In this document: positions 1 through 10,848 of the stretch, piece after piece
How the letters are laid out: each line of letters opens with the position of its first letter
How positions within the stretch are numbered: position 1 is the first letter of the stretch
Assembly: GCA_964384105.1 (NCBI GenBank)
Contig: CAYLJV010000003.1
Location: forward strand, 32,001-96,000
From: Candidatus Hadarchaeota archaeon
Lineage (GTDB): Archaea > Hadarchaeota > Hadarchaeia > Hadarchaeales > JAGGTB01
Length of the DNA stretch: 64,000 nt
Reading direction: 5' to 3'
The notes under the pieces: model-generated
What the model was told of the DNA's origin: nothing
What the model saw: the letters and a program-made list of their open reading frames with translations, nothing else
The model's database searches: none
Program-made: the position numbers and the translations under genes

Positions 1-150
1 AATTGGTTAATCATCTCTTGGAACACAATATTTCAGATAAACTTTGCTTTGAATTGAGAGTAATGAATGATAAAAAATTTATTTCCAGATGGTTTGCCTT
101 CTTCTGGTAATAAGTCTATAAATCCCGAGGTATTCAAACTTTAGAATTTT

Positions 151-1668
151 CTACTTACTTTTGTTATTTTTCTCCTCTGCTTTTTTCTTTCTCTTTCGTC
201 TCATTTTTTTGACTACGGCTATAGGAAAGTTAACCAGAGCTAGAGGTCCTCCGGCTGTGGAGAAGTTTGTCAAGGGCTTCTTTATTTCAGAGACCAGTTC
301 ATTTAAGACCATTTTCTTTCCTACTTCTCCTTCCTCGACTACCAAGGCCAATCTGTAGAGTGAGTAAAGGCCTATCAGAAATGCGAAAAAGAATGCGAAG
401 TCCATCCCCGAGAAACTTAGAGTCTCTATGCCGATTACCCCTGATGGAGATGACCAGTTCAGTGTCACGGAGAGTTCTCGTTCCACAAATACGTTGGAGA
501 TAGCACCTCCAATCAGGGGACCGATCCCTATGGCCAGTGATGTAACTAGACTGCTGGCAGCTAGATAGGAGGTTGCCTGACCTCTGGGGGCTAGTTTGAG
601 TCCTATATTCCCGCCTGCAAGATTAACTCCTGCTAGCGAGATTCCCATCAGGACGTGTATCCCGACGAGGAGCGGAATGGTGAGAGAGTACCTGCCGGGC
701 ATAGATGTGAAGGTCCAGAGTAAAATACTTCCCAGAAACAATGGACCACTGACTCCCAAAACTGACTTGTTGCTGTATCTGTCCGAGAAGCGACCCCATA
801 TCTCGAAGAAAAAGACGTTGGTAACTTGACTTATAACTGTAAATGCAAGGACCCAGGCCATTGAGAACCCTAATCTCTGTATCATGTAGACTGTGAAGAA
901 AGGAGCTGCCAGGAAAATTGCGAAGTTCCAGGAGGCAAGAAACATGAGGAGTCTCTTGAAGTTCTCGTCTCGAAATGGTTTCTTTACTAGTTTTGGAAGG
1001 TTTATTTTTTTTGTGGGGATGGGCATGGGGGGTTCTGGTGTATTCGAAAGAAAATAAACACCTATGATGCCTACTATGAATCCCAGAGAAAAAAGGATGG
1101 AATAACCGTGTAGTTCGAGTTCAGGAAATCCTCCAGCCCACCAGCTGATGAAGTATCCTCCTGCTAGGCTAAGAGGTATACTCAGGGCTGTACTTAGGCT
1201 CCATCTTCTCGAGAAGAATGAACCTAATTTCTTTTGTGGAATGAGGTCCCGCATCCAGGAATTCCAGCTGCTTGACCCAATAGCTCCAAAGGCCCCTCGA
1301 AGGAAGATTGCTATCAGGAGGATTGTGAGTCCTAGCTCAGGAGTTGAGAAAAAGAAGGGTATAAGTGCTATCAGAAGGAGAGTGAGCCTGCCTGCTACAG
1401 AAGCGTATATCGTTAGTCTTCTTCTGTTTCTGTACCTCTCGATTAGGTATATCGAGGGTATTTGTACAAGCTGTGCGAGTGGCGGTAGAGAGGCAAGGAG
1501 ACCGATCACGAAGAGAGGTGCGTTGAGCTTTAGGGCAAATCCGACCAAAAAGACCCCTTCGGTGAGAGTTATCATGGCTCGAGTGGTAAGACCGTCTCTT
1601 AGGACGTTTTTAAGTCCGGTTTGGAGTTCTTCTTCTGTTAGGTTGTTTTCTTCCTGATTTTTTTGCAA
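151..1668 (-). CDS. MFS transporter
   Basis: 505 aa, about 12 hydrophobic helices, MFS motif-A-like 'WGRFSDRYSNK'; TTG start after GGTGA. Confidence 0.85.
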   Translation of the reverse strand: MQKNQEENNLTEEELQTGLKNVLRDGLTTRAMITLTEGVFLVGFALKLNAPLFVIGLLASLPPLAQLVQIPSIYLIERYRNRRRLTIYASVAGRLTLLLIALIPFFFSTPELGLTILLIAIFLRGAFGAIGSSSWNSWMRDLIPQKKLGSFFSRRWSLSTALSIPLSLAGGYFISWWAGGFPELELHGYSILFSLGFIVGIIGVYFLSNTPEPPMPIPTKKINLPKLVKKPFRDENFKRLLMFLASWNFAIFLAAPFFTVYMIQRLGFSMAWVLAFTVISQVTNVFFFEIWGRFSDRYSNKSVLGVSGPLFLGSILLWTFTSMPGRYSLTIPLLVGIHVLMGISLAGVNLAGGNIGLKLAPRGQATSYLAASSLVTSLAIGIGPLIGGAISNVFVERELSVTLNWSSPSGVIGIETLSFSGMDFAFFFAFLIGLYSLYRLALVVEEGEVGKKMVLNELVSEIKKPLTNFSTAGGPLALVNFPIAVVKKMRRKRKKKAEEKNNKSK

Positions 1669-1800
1669 ATTGGATCACCAAAGCGGTTCTATTTTCTTTA
1701 AATAGTTCCTAAAGTTTTGGGAAAAATCTTAACCTTTCTTATTAATATTATTTTCAATGAACAAAATCTGGATTTGTATTTCTCTTTAATTCCAAAATTT

Positions 1801-2454
1801 TTATGATCTTATAGCCTCGATAATGTAGGAAAAGCCAGTGAGTATGAAGGCTCCTGCGATCCAGTAGTAAACGAATCTGGGGTACTCTAGGATCATTATC
1901 CCGGAGACAATGAGAACTACTCCGACGAAAAAGTTTGTTATTCTCCCTGTTTTCGAAACTTTCTCTTCGGCTTTATCTAGCACATTTACTAATCCCATTA
2001 GGCTCAACGGCCCGTATTTCAGGTTTTTCTCTTTTGCGAATTGTCTTAATTCCGAACCGGTAGACTTCCAGAAATCTGAGAAGTATATTACATTAAGTAA
2101 GACTAGTCCAATTCCTATCACTATAGTATATGTTATTTCGTCCCAGTAGTTCGCGAAATGGGTTAACATGTACCCGATTTGATCGAAAAAGAGTCCTAGA
2201 CCTGCACCATAGATCAATGAGTTTACCTTGGTAAGGTCTCTGTCTTTGTAGTTTATGGCTATCCATCCTGCGATAATTAGCAGTGCGACTCCGTAATACA
2301 GATGATGTAGAGTGTAGATTTCGGTTCTTAGGGGTGGGCCCCCCACTTCGAAAAATCTCCAGCCTCGGCCTACGGCAAATGAGATTAAGAAGGAGATAAA
2401 GATCAGGAAAGGTGCTTCTTTTTGTTTATCTTTGAAATGTTCTAGAAGTGACAT
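1801..2454 (-). CDS. Uncharacterised polytopic membrane protein
   Basis: 217 aa, about 6 TM segments, 'LHHLYYG' and 'GAGLGLFFDQ' motifs. Confidence 0.65.
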   Translation of the reverse strand: MSLLEHFKDKQKEAPFLIFISFLISFAVGRGWRFFEVGGPPLRTEIYTLHHLYYGVALLIIAGWIAINYKDRDLTKVNSLIYGAGLGLFFDQIGYMLTHFANYWDEITYTIVIGIGLVLLNVIYFSDFWKSTGSELRQFAKEKNLKYGPLSLMGLVNVLDKAEEKVSKTGRITNFFVGVVLIVSGIMILEYPRFVYYWIAGAFILTGFSYIIEAIRS

Positions 2455-2616
2455 TCACTCATCTTTATTTAGACTTAGAGTATTATTGTTTTCCGTGGGG
2501 TGACGAGTTAATACTCGTTTTCTTTTCAGGAATAGTATTGATATGGTTAATAAGAAATCCTAAGACCAAAACAACCTTATTTCTTAAAATGAAAGCATAA
2601 TAGGGCTACTGTTCGA

Positions 2617-3312
2617 ATGAAAGAGTGCGAAAAAATTATCAATAGTGCCTTGGAGGTTGGTAGGACCTCTCTATTACTGCACGAAGCAATGGAAATATGC
2701 AAATTACACGGGATACCCATGCCCGATTTTTGTGCAGTTTTTAGTAAAGACGAGGCAATTGAAAGGGCAGGTAAACTGGGATATCCAGTTGCTCTAAAAA
2801 TTATTTCTTCCGAGATTCTCCATAAGTCTGAATCAGATGCGATTGTATTGAATATAGAAGACGAAGGGGAACTCAGGAAAGAATACGAGGATCTAGTTAA
2901 CAGGGTAGGTAAAGATAAGATAGAAGGTATTTTAGTGGAAGAGATGGTTTCTCCCTCGACAGAGGTTATCATCGGAGGAGTAAGAGACAAACAATTTGGG
3001 CCTTCAGTGATGTTTGGGATGGGAGGGATATTTACAGAGGTCTATGATGACGTTGCTTTTCGTGTAGCTCCTATCGACAAAAGAATAGCATTGAACTTAA
3101 TTCGAGAACCAAAAGGCTCTAAAATCCTTAAGGGAGTGAGAGGAAATCCTCCGAAGGATTTGGATTCGATAGCTGATGTATTGGTTCGAGTTTCTGACTT
3201 AATGATAGAACACGAGGTTGTGGGCGAGTTGGATCTTAACCCGGTTATAGCATATCCTGATGGTGTATCAGTTGTTGACGCGCGTATTATCCTGGAAAAG
3301 GAGGAGGAATAG
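2617..3312 (+). CDS. acdB: ADP-forming acetyl/acyl-CoA synthetase, beta (ATP-grasp) subunit
   Basis: 'GYPVALKIIS..ILHKS', 'FGPSVMFGMGG', 'ELDLNP', 'VVDARI'. Confidence 0.92.
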   Translation: MKECEKIINSALEVGRTSLLLHEAMEICKLHGIPMPDFCAVFSKDEAIERAGKLGYPVALKIISSEILHKSESDAIVLNIEDEGELRKEYEDLVNRVGKDKIEGILVEEMVSPSTEVIIGGVRDKQFGPSVMFGMGGIFTEVYDDVAFRVAPIDKRIALNLIREPKGSKILKGVRGNPPKDLDSIADVLVRVSDLMIEHEVVGELDLNPVIAYPDGVSVVDARIILEKEEE

Positions 3313-4706
3313 TGAGTCTGGATCCCTTTTTTGACCCGAATACTGTTGCTGTGATAGGTGCTTCTCGAGAATCGAGAAAATTTGGAAGAGTCATATTCAA
3401 AAACTTCCTCGAATCCGAATTTGAGGGGAATGTTTATCCGGTGAACCCAAAGGCTGAGAGCATTTTAGGGGTTAAGACTTATCCGAGCCTTAAGGAGATT
3501 CCAGAAAAAATAGACTTGGCGGTTATAGCTCTGCCTGCGCCGATCGTTCCCTCTGTGGTGGAAGAATGTTTATCAGAGGGTGTTAAAGCCGCGGTTATAA
3601 TTTCGGGAGGTTTCAAGGAAGTGGGTGGGGAAGGAGAAAAACTCGAATTAGAGATTAAGGAAAAGATAGAGGATAGTGGCCTCAGAGTTATTGGCCCAAA
3701 CTGTATAGGAATTTATGACTCTGTAACCGATGTTGATACGTTATTTTTGCCGAGTTATAAGTTGAGACGGCCCAAGAAAGGCCCGATTGCCTTTATATCT
3801 CAAAGTGGTGCCTTTGGATCCGCTATTCTGGATTGGGCGGCATCTCAGGAAGTAGGAATCAGCAAATTTGTGAGTATAGGAAATAAGATGGACGTCGATG
3901 AAGTTGACTTGTTGGAGTATCTGAGTGGAGATCCAAATACAAGCTGTATCGCAATCTATGTTGAAAGTATAGATCGCGGTAGAGATTTTCTTGAAGTTGC
4001 TTCCGAGGTTGTTGAGGATAAATCCGTGGTGGTTTTGAAAGGAGGGGTAACTCAAGAGGGAATTAAAGCGGCTTTATCTCATACGGGGTCGCTAGGAGGT
4101 TCCGCGAAGATCTACGAAGGAGCTTTTAAGCAGAGTGGAGTGATTCAAGCGAGAAAAGTGGAGGAGTTATTCGATTATGCCCGTGCTCTTGCTTATCAAC
4201 CTATTCCTGATGGGCAAGGTGTTGCAATAGTTACTAACGGTGGAGGTTTTGGAGTTATAAGTAGTGATGAGGCTTCGAGATTGGATTTAAATCTAGTGGA
4301 GTTCGAAGAAGAAACTTTGAATAAGTTGGAGAAGGAGCTTCCCTACTATGCTGTTCCTGGTAATCCACTTGACCTGGTTGGTGATGCGGATGTCGAGCGC
4401 TATAGAATGGCTTTGAATGCTGTTTCCTCCGATCCAAATGTGGATATAATACTGGCTATACTTCTTCTTCAAACCTCTTTTATCGAGTCGGATGTGGTTG
4501 ATGCGGTAACGGAGGCTCAGGTAACTTCAGGTAAACCTATTGTTGTATGTACGATAGGTGGAGAGTTTACTAGAGTAATTGTTAAGATGTTAGAGGAGGA
4601 TAAGGTCCCCTCTTATCCCACTCCCGAAAGGGCGGTTGGTGCCGTCGATGCTCTGATAAAAAGGAGTGAAATCATGAAGAATTTTAAAAATAGAACGGAA
4701 TATTGA
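3312..4706 (+). CDS. acdA: ADP-forming acetyl/acyl-CoA synthetase, alpha subunit
   Basis: CoA-binding 'VAVIGAS', 'GPNCIG', 'SQSGA', phospho-His 'SHTGSL', 'NPLDLVGDA'; overlaps the beta stop. Confidence 0.93.
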   Translation: MSLDPFFDPNTVAVIGASRESRKFGRVIFKNFLESEFEGNVYPVNPKAESILGVKTYPSLKEIPEKIDLAVIALPAPIVPSVVEECLSEGVKAAVIISGGFKEVGGEGEKLELEIKEKIEDSGLRVIGPNCIGIYDSVTDVDTLFLPSYKLRRPKKGPIAFISQSGAFGSAILDWAASQEVGISKFVSIGNKMDVDEVDLLEYLSGDPNTSCIAIYVESIDRGRDFLEVASEVVEDKSVVVLKGGVTQEGIKAALSHTGSLGGSAKIYEGAFKQSGVIQARKVEELFDYARALAYQPIPDGQGVAIVTNGGGFGVISSDEASRLDLNLVEFEEETLNKLEKELPYYAVPGNPLDLVGDADVERYRMALNAVSSDPNVDIILAILLLQTSFIESDVVDAVTEAQVTSGKPIVVCTIGGEFTRVIVKMLEEDKVPSYPTPERAVGAVDALIKRSEIMKNFKNRTEY

Positions 4707-4871
4707 GGGTATTAAGGTTAATTTATCGTTTGAAACCTTATTCTTTTCAAAAATTTCATTTATTTTGTCTCAAAGTAGATTCTGATTATAAAAGCACTTT
4801 TTTGTAAGGACATAAAATAAAAACATAAGATTGACTTTATCTATCTGGCGAAATATTACAAGAGTGGTAAA

Positions 4872-5924
4872 ATGGAAAATTCGGATTTTGAGTCTGGTGA
4901 GGAATTCGAGGAAAAAATTGTTGAAGCTCAGCCTCGGATTGTTGCTGTGGGCTGTGGAGGAGCTGGATGTAACACGATCAGTAGACTGATGGAGGAGGAG
5001 GTTGATGGAATTGAGACTATAACGGTGAATACGGATGCACAGGATCTTCTACATGCGAATTCGGATTCGAAGATACTTATCGGGAAAGAGCTGACTGGAG
5101 GTTTAGGGGCAGGATCCGATCCTGACGTAGGAATGAGGGCAACGAGAGAGGATTTGAATTCTATTAAGGACAAGCTTTACGAAGCCGAGATGGTCTTCGT
5201 TACCTGTGGACTTGGAGGTGGCACTGGCACTGGAGCTGGTCCTGTTGTGGCAGAAGTGGCAAAAGGTATGGACGCTCTTACTGTGGGAGTTCTTACGGTT
5301 CCCTTTGAGGCAGAAGGTCAAAGGAGAATGAAAAATGCAGAGAAAGGTCTCGAAAAATTCTTAGGTAATTTGGATTCAGTGATTCTGATTCGAGACGAGA
5401 GATTATTGGAGATAGCACCAGATCTCTCGATTGTACAAGCTTTTAGACTTGCAGATACTGTCTTGTCAGATCTGATAAGAGGCCTTACAGATCTTATAAC
5501 AAAGCCAGGTTTGATAAATCTCGACTTCGCAGATATCGAATCAGTCCTAAGAGAAGGGGGTCCTACTCTCGTTGGATTTGGAGAATCTGAATCGAATGAT
5601 AGAGCGGTTGATGCTTCTGAAGAAGCCATTGGAAACCCACTTCTCGAAATTGATATTTCACGAGTAGACGAAGCTTTGGTTAATATTACAGGGTGTTCTG
5701 ACATGTCTCTGGAGGAGGCCCAGCGAGCGACAGAGGTGATTTCTGGTTCTCTCGCACCTGAAGCTGATTTGATTTGGGGTGCCCAGATAGACGATTATCT
5801 ACAGGATCTAGTAAAGGTCATGATAATAGTTCCCGGAGCTGAACTTCCTGACATTCGCGGTAAGAAACTACAAGAATCTACGAGGGCCGAAGATGCTCTA
5901 GGAGATCTCGAGTATGTTGCTTGA
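4872..5924 (+). CDS. ftsZ: Cell division protein FtsZ
   Basis: 'GCGGAGCN', tubulin signature 'GGGTGTG', T7 loop 'INLDFAD'. Confidence 0.95.
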   Translation: MENSDFESGEEFEEKIVEAQPRIVAVGCGGAGCNTISRLMEEEVDGIETITVNTDAQDLLHANSDSKILIGKELTGGLGAGSDPDVGMRATREDLNSIKDKLYEAEMVFVTCGLGGGTGTGAGPVVAEVAKGMDALTVGVLTVPFEAEGQRRMKNAEKGLEKFLGNLDSVILIRDERLLEIAPDLSIVQAFRLADTVLSDLIRGLTDLITKPGLINLDFADIESVLREGGPTLVGFGESESNDRAVDASEEAIGNPLLEIDISRVDEALVNITGCSDMSLEEAQRATEVISGSLAPEADLIWGAQIDDYLQDLVKVMIIVPGAELPDIRGKKLQESTRAEDALGDLEYVA

Positions 5925-6088
5925 ACTGGCTTTCTTTTTTATTTTTAAATAGATTTTTGGTAGTCTTCAGGATACCTTTTGTTGATTAAGGCCTTTATTC
6001 AAACTATATTTAATATTATGTTTCTCTGGTCTTTTCTTTTTCGTGTTCTATTAATGTGCGGGAAAGAACTTACATTTCATAAGGGCCA

Positions 6089-7246
6089 TTGTTACTTGGG
6101 GAGAGTTTGAGTAGAAAAAGCTATCTTATAGTACTACTCGTTTTACTGGTAGTAACCATCGTCTCTTTTCGTTATTTTTGGAGGGGGTCCGAAGAAGTTC
6201 AGCCCTCCGAGAATGTATCTATAGAAGTAGAAGTTTTAGCCGAAAGTTTGGAGGTGCCTTGGGATCTCGCATTTGCCTCTAAAGATAGGATTTTTCTCAC
6301 GGAGAGACCTGGTAGGATTAGAATTATCGAAAACGGTGAGTTAAAAGAAGATCCTTGGAAAACTTTGGAGGTTTACGCTAATGGGGAAGCGGGGCTCCTT
6401 GGTATAGCATTACACCCGAACTTTCAGCAGAACCATTACGTGTATGTTTATCACACATATCGTGATTCTGATGGTAATATTAGGAACAGGATTGTTCGTC
6501 TGGTAGATCGGGATGGTAAGGGTGAGGTAGATAGAGTCATCCTCGATGGTATTCCGGGAGGCGAGATACATGATGGTGGTCGTATAGCTTTTGGACCAGA
6601 CAGCAAGCTCTATGTTACATCGGGTGATGCAGGTGTGGGGGATTTCTCTCAGGATATCGATTCTTTTGCTGGTAAAATACTCAGAATTAATCCTGATGGG
6701 ACCGTACCTGAGGACAATCCATTTTCCGGATCCCCGGTTTGGAGCTACGGCCACAGGAATCCCGAAGGTGTAGCGTGGCATCCCGAAACTGATCATCTTT
6801 ACGCTACTGAACATGGTCCATCTGGTCACGATGAGCTAAATCTCGTGGAGAAAGAGAATAACTATGGTTGGCCGGAGGCAAGGGGTAAAGGTGGCGGAGA
6901 AGATTACGTCGATCCTCTGATAGAAAGCGGCTCTGGTACATGGGCACCTTCTGGTATAACTTTCTATTCTTCTGATTCGTTTCCAAGCTGGAAGGGTGAT
7001 CTCTTCTTTGTCACTTTGGGTTTCAGCCGAGGAGGTGGTAGAAGAAGTCTACATCACGTGGATTTTAAAGAACCTGATTTTAGGGAAGTTGAAAATCATA
7101 CTATATTACTTACAAATAGGTTTGGAAGACTTCGGGCCGTGGAAGAAGGACCGGATGGTTTCCTATATTTGATGACAAGCAACAGAGATGGTAGAGGCGA
7201 CCCGATCTCCAGCGACGATCGGGTTTTGAGAATAATTCCGGACTAG
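6089..7246 (+). CDS. Membrane-anchored PQQ-dependent glucose/sorbosone-type dehydrogenase (GSDH beta-propeller)
   Basis: N-terminal TM; 'GLLGIALHP', 'HDGGRIAFGPD', 'GHRNPEG', 'NYGWP', 'GRLR'; start may be TTG 6107. Confidence 0.88.
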   Translation: MLLGESLSRKSYLIVLLVLLVVTIVSFRYFWRGSEEVQPSENVSIEVEVLAESLEVPWDLAFASKDRIFLTERPGRIRIIENGELKEDPWKTLEVYANGEAGLLGIALHPNFQQNHYVYVYHTYRDSDGNIRNRIVRLVDRDGKGEVDRVILDGIPGGEIHDGGRIAFGPDSKLYVTSGDAGVGDFSQDIDSFAGKILRINPDGTVPEDNPFSGSPVWSYGHRNPEGVAWHPETDHLYATEHGPSGHDELNLVEKENNYGWPEARGKGGGEDYVDPLIESGSGTWAPSGITFYSSDSFPSWKGDLFFVTLGFSRGGGRRSLHHVDFKEPDFREVENHTILLTNRFGRLRAVEEGPDGFLYLMTSNRDGRGDPISSDDRVLRIIPD

Positions 7247-7390
7247 AATTTTATTGGCATGTGTCGCTGAGAGTAATAGATTTATAATTAGTGGTCTTTA
7301 CACACTTCTGCTTTTCCTAAAAATGTACATTACTCTCCGAGTTTAATTAGAAAAATAGTAAAAATAAAAAAAAGAGATCTGGATAGCGTT

Positions 7391-7942
7391 TTACTCTAGG
7401 AACTTTGACACGTATGGTGAATTCTTTTCTCCACGTTTGAAATGCCCTGAAGGCCCTTCTTCTAGATATTCCGAGAACCAGGATTCGTGTTGAATCTCTT
7501 CATGTAATATTGCCTTTGCTAAGTCGTAGGTTCTATGATCTTTGCCTGCAGTTATATTGCAAATATTTGTGTATTGCCTGACAGCACACCTTTCTGCTTT
7601 AACCAGGACTTTAAGAATCTCTTTAACATTTGTTGAATCCTCAGGTAACTTTGCCGGTGGACATCCGGAAATATCATGAAATTCCTTCATATCATTCGGT
7701 ATTTTTCCACCCAGTTCGTATATCCTAGGAACCAGAGCCTCGAAGTGGTTTCTGTCCTCTATTCTTGCATCTTCAGCTATTTCTTTCAATGTCTCTCCTT
7801 CTAAACCAATCAAGTTTACCCGAAGGGTTGTGTAGTAATAGTAGGTTATGAGCTCAGCTGCAGCATTTTTAACTAGTAGGTCTACCAGTTCATCGACGTC
7901 GATGCCAGCATCCTCTACGACTTTTCTCGCTACTTTAGCCAA
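7391..7942 (-). CDS. dps: Dps-like (DpsL/thioferritin) protein
   Basis: 'EDRNH' and 'EEIQH' di-iron motifs plus Cys pair 'ISGCP'/'AERCA' typical of archaeal DpsL. Confidence 0.9.
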   Translation of the reverse strand: MAKVARKVVEDAGIDVDELVDLLVKNAAAELITYYYYTTLRVNLIGLEGETLKEIAEDARIEDRNHFEALVPRIYELGGKIPNDMKEFHDISGCPPAKLPEDSTNVKEILKVLVKAERCAVRQYTNICNITAGKDHRTYDLAKAILHEEIQHESWFSEYLEEGPSGHFKRGEKNSPYVSKFLE

Positions 7943-8086
7943 TTTATCACCTCCCCTATGATATTTTATACTTTAGAGTTCGAAAAGCTATCGCAACAAA
8001 ACTATTTCTCTTCTTTCTTCCGTAATTATATTCGAATAAAATTATTAATATAATTAAGCCGATTCTAAATTGAGGGGGGTGAAAAG

Positions 8087-8212
8087 ATGGTTATCGTTAA
8101 AGAAGTTGGAGAAGTTTACGAATGCGAAATTTGTGGCAATGTTGTTGAGGTAAAGGAGGCCGGTGGTGGTGAACTAGTATGTTGTGGACAACCTATGAAA
8201 AAGGTTGAGTAA
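8087..8212 (+). CDS. Desulforedoxin-like Fe(Cys)4 protein (41 aa; not in ORF track)
   Basis: Hand translation [41 protein letters not shown]; CxxC-x15-CC; SD GGGGGTGA upstream. Confidence 0.88.
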   Translation: MVIVKEVGEVYECEICGNVVEVKEAGGGELVCCGQPMKKVE

Positions 8213-8247
8213 AAATTAAGTTAAATTTTTTGAAAGGTGGTTTTTAG

Positions 8248-8643
8248 TTGGTAGAAGTTCTGAAAAAAGAAGTCAAATATCCGTTTGATGAGGCTGTTGA
8301 GAGGGTTCGAGAATTGGCTTCAGAAGAATTTTCGATTCTTTTGGTTAAGTCCATAGACGAGGTTATTAGAAAAAAATTGGACCTACCGAACTATCCCGTC
8401 AAATACACGACCATACTCGCCTGTGGCCCTGAACTCGCAAAGATGGCTCTGGATGTTTCCATGGATGTCGGCGCTTTAATGCCGTGTTCTTTCACTATTT
8501 ATGAAGAGGACGGACGAGTATTCGTCAGCCATGTTTCTATCATGAAGATTGCCGCAGAGACCGGTATCGCTGACTCGGAGAAGATGGAACCGGTTGTTCG
8601 AAAAACTGGAAAGAAAGTAAAGAAAGTGTGGGATAAGATTTGA
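8248..8643 (+). CDS. DUF302 family protein
   Basis: 'ILACGP' and 'GALMPC' motifs, 131 aa. Confidence 0.8.
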   Translation: MVEVLKKEVKYPFDEAVERVRELASEEFSILLVKSIDEVIRKKLDLPNYPVKYTTILACGPELAKMALDVSMDVGALMPCSFTIYEEDGRVFVSHVSIMKIAAETGIADSEKMEPVVRKTGKKVKKVWDKI

Positions 8644-8648
8644 AATCT

Positions 8649-10751
8649 CTAGGATAATTTCTTAGCCCATTTTAATCCTTCTTTGACTTCGTTGACTGGT
8701 GGGGAGCAAGTTTTCGAACCACATATGTACAAAGTTGGCTTGTTATTCTTTGTGGTTCTATTTTTCCATATTGGTGGTGTTTCCGAAATTTGGAGTTTTT
8801 TGAGCCAGTCTTCCATTTCTTTCTCGGTTTCGGGTCTTGGCAACAGAATTTTGTTTGGTAGGTATTCTTTTTCGATTTCGTGTTTCCACTCCTTCGATAT
8901 TTTATTTCCAACCATAATTACTTCGAGGTGACTGTTGATTAAGAGGTCCATTGCGAGAATCAATGAGGAATGTTCGAGTTTTCTGTTTTTGATCTTGGAT
9001 TTTTTATTTTTCAAAATTATCTCTGCTACTTCTCCGAATTTTTCTTCAGGAAAGATGGGTGAAAGGTTTAGCAGCATTGTAGTTGCTATACCAGTGCTAG
9101 ATGGTTTGGAGGAGTCAGTTAGTTCTTGAGGTCTTATCATTAATTCCTCTCCTTCCGAGTCAGTGTAGAACAACGAGCTATTTTCTTCGTCCCAGAACCT
9201 TTTAATTATAGATCGGCATAGTTCCCGGGAAAATCTTAGATATTCTATTTCTCCGGTAGTTTGGTAAAGTTCAAATGCTCCTTTTGACAGGTAAGCATAG
9301 TCCTCGAGAAATCCGTTAATAGTAGTTTCTCCGTCTTTGTATCTCCTATAAAGAAGTTTTTTATTTTCATCCCAGAGGAGATCTTTCAAGAAGTTGAGTG
9401 CATTCTTAGCTCGTTCCTCATATCTTTTTCCTAGCAGTCTAGCTCCTTTTGCTAGCGCTGAGATCATCAATCCATTCCACCCTGCCAGAATTTTTTCGTC
9501 TCTGAGGGGTCTTAATCTCTTTTTTCTTGCTCTAAAAACGTCTTTTTTGGCTTTTTCAAGTAGTTTTCTTACTTCCTTTTTATCCATATTATATTTCGAG
9601 GCTAATTTCTTCGTATTCTTTTTTATACGGAGAACATTCTTTCCTTCGAAATTTCCTTCTTTGGATAAACCAAAATATTCAAGGAAGAGTTTCTCGGTTC
9701 CCTTATCTTCAATAATTTTGCGGATTTCCTCCGGTTTCCAGACATAAAATTTACCTTCTTCTCCTTCGCTACGCGCATCTAGAGAACTGTAAAAAGCGCC
9801 GGAGGGATGTGTCAATTCTCGTTCTACAAATTCAAAAGTTTCCTGAGCGATTTTGAGGTATTCATTTTCTCCGGTTAACTGATAAGCTGAGATGTATATT
9901 CCAGGTAAAAGAGCGTTATCGTAGAGCATCTTTTCGAAGTGAGGCACGGTCCATTTTGGGTCGGTAGAATATCTATGAAACCCCCCTCCAATGTGGTCTC
10001 GGATTCCACCTTTCATCATAGCATCCAGGGTTTTAAGAGCAGTTTCTTTATATTCGCTTCTGTTTGATCTGTAGTACGCCGTTAGTAGAATATCTATCCA
10101 ACTCGTCTGCGGAAATTTTGGACCATATCTTCCAAAACCACCATTTTTTAAATCTGCTAGTTCGAAAATCTCTTCTGCAGTTTCTAATAGGAGTTCTTCT
10201 CTTTTGGGCTCTTCTGGTCTTGTTTGAAGTTCCTCTGTTTCACTCTTTAGAGCATTTTTTATTTCATTTGCTTTTTCCAAGATCTCTTCTTTCTTATTAT
10301 TCCATAGCTTCGAGATTTCCTTTAGAACCTCAATAAGACCAACTCGTCCATGTTTTGATTTCTTTGGATAGTAGGTACCCACATAAAATGGTTCTTGATT
10401 CGGTGTTAGCCAGACTGAGAGGGGCCAACCTCCCTGACCAGTTACCATTTGACAGACTTTCTGATAGATTTGGTCAATGTCTGGTCGTTCTTCTCTGTCG
10501 ACTTTGATCGGTACGAATTTTTTATTTAATATACTTGCGACTTCCTCGTCGCTAAAGGACTCCTCTCTCATTACATGGCACCAGTGACATGCTGAATACC
10601 CTATGCTCACGAAGATTGGAACATCTCTTTCTTTTGCCCCGCTAAAGGCGGTTTTGTCCCAGGGTTGCCAGTTCACCGGATCGTCGGCATGCTGTTGAAG
10701 GTAGGGACTTTTCTCATCTGAGAGCCTATTTTTATCCAATGGATGGTTCAT
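8649..10751 (-). CDS. Thioredoxin-domain (DUF255/YyaL/SPATA20-like) protein
   Basis: '[12 protein letters not shown]', 'CHWCHVM', 'KVDREERPD', '[11 protein letters not shown]'. Confidence 0.92.
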   Translation of the reverse strand: MNHPLDKNRLSDEKSPYLQQHADDPVNWQPWDKTAFSGAKERDVPIFVSIGYSACHWCHVMREESFSDEEVASILNKKFVPIKVDREERPDIDQIYQKVCQMVTGQGGWPLSVWLTPNQEPFYVGTYYPKKSKHGRVGLIEVLKEISKLWNNKKEEILEKANEIKNALKSETEELQTRPEEPKREELLLETAEEIFELADLKNGGFGRYGPKFPQTSWIDILLTAYYRSNRSEYKETALKTLDAMMKGGIRDHIGGGFHRYSTDPKWTVPHFEKMLYDNALLPGIYISAYQLTGENEYLKIAQETFEFVERELTHPSGAFYSSLDARSEGEEGKFYVWKPEEIRKIIEDKGTEKLFLEYFGLSKEGNFEGKNVLRIKKNTKKLASKYNMDKKEVRKLLEKAKKDVFRARKKRLRPLRDEKILAGWNGLMISALAKGARLLGKRYEERAKNALNFLKDLLWDENKKLLYRRYKDGETTINGFLEDYAYLSKGAFELYQTTGEIEYLRFSRELCRSIIKRFWDEENSSLFYTDSEGEELMIRPQELTDSSKPSSTGIATTMLLNLSPIFPEEKFGEVAEIILKNKKSKIKNRKLEHSSLILAMDLLINSHLEVIMVGNKISKEWKHEIEKEYLPNKILLPRPETEKEMEDWLKKLQISETPPIWKNRTTKNNKPTLYICGSKTCSPPVNEVKEGLKWAKKLS

Positions 10752-10848
10752 CTATCGATATTTGTATTGGGTCTATCATATAGAGTTCGTCTTTTTGAGA
10801 AATCCTGAGTTGTGTTCGAGATTTTATTCCTTTTGGGTAAAATATCTT

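Noticed and set aside
2503-2518. Inverted repeat ACGAGT-TAAT-ACTCGT between divergent genes
   Set aside because: Single 6-bp-arm occurrence; could be an operator but is unsupported
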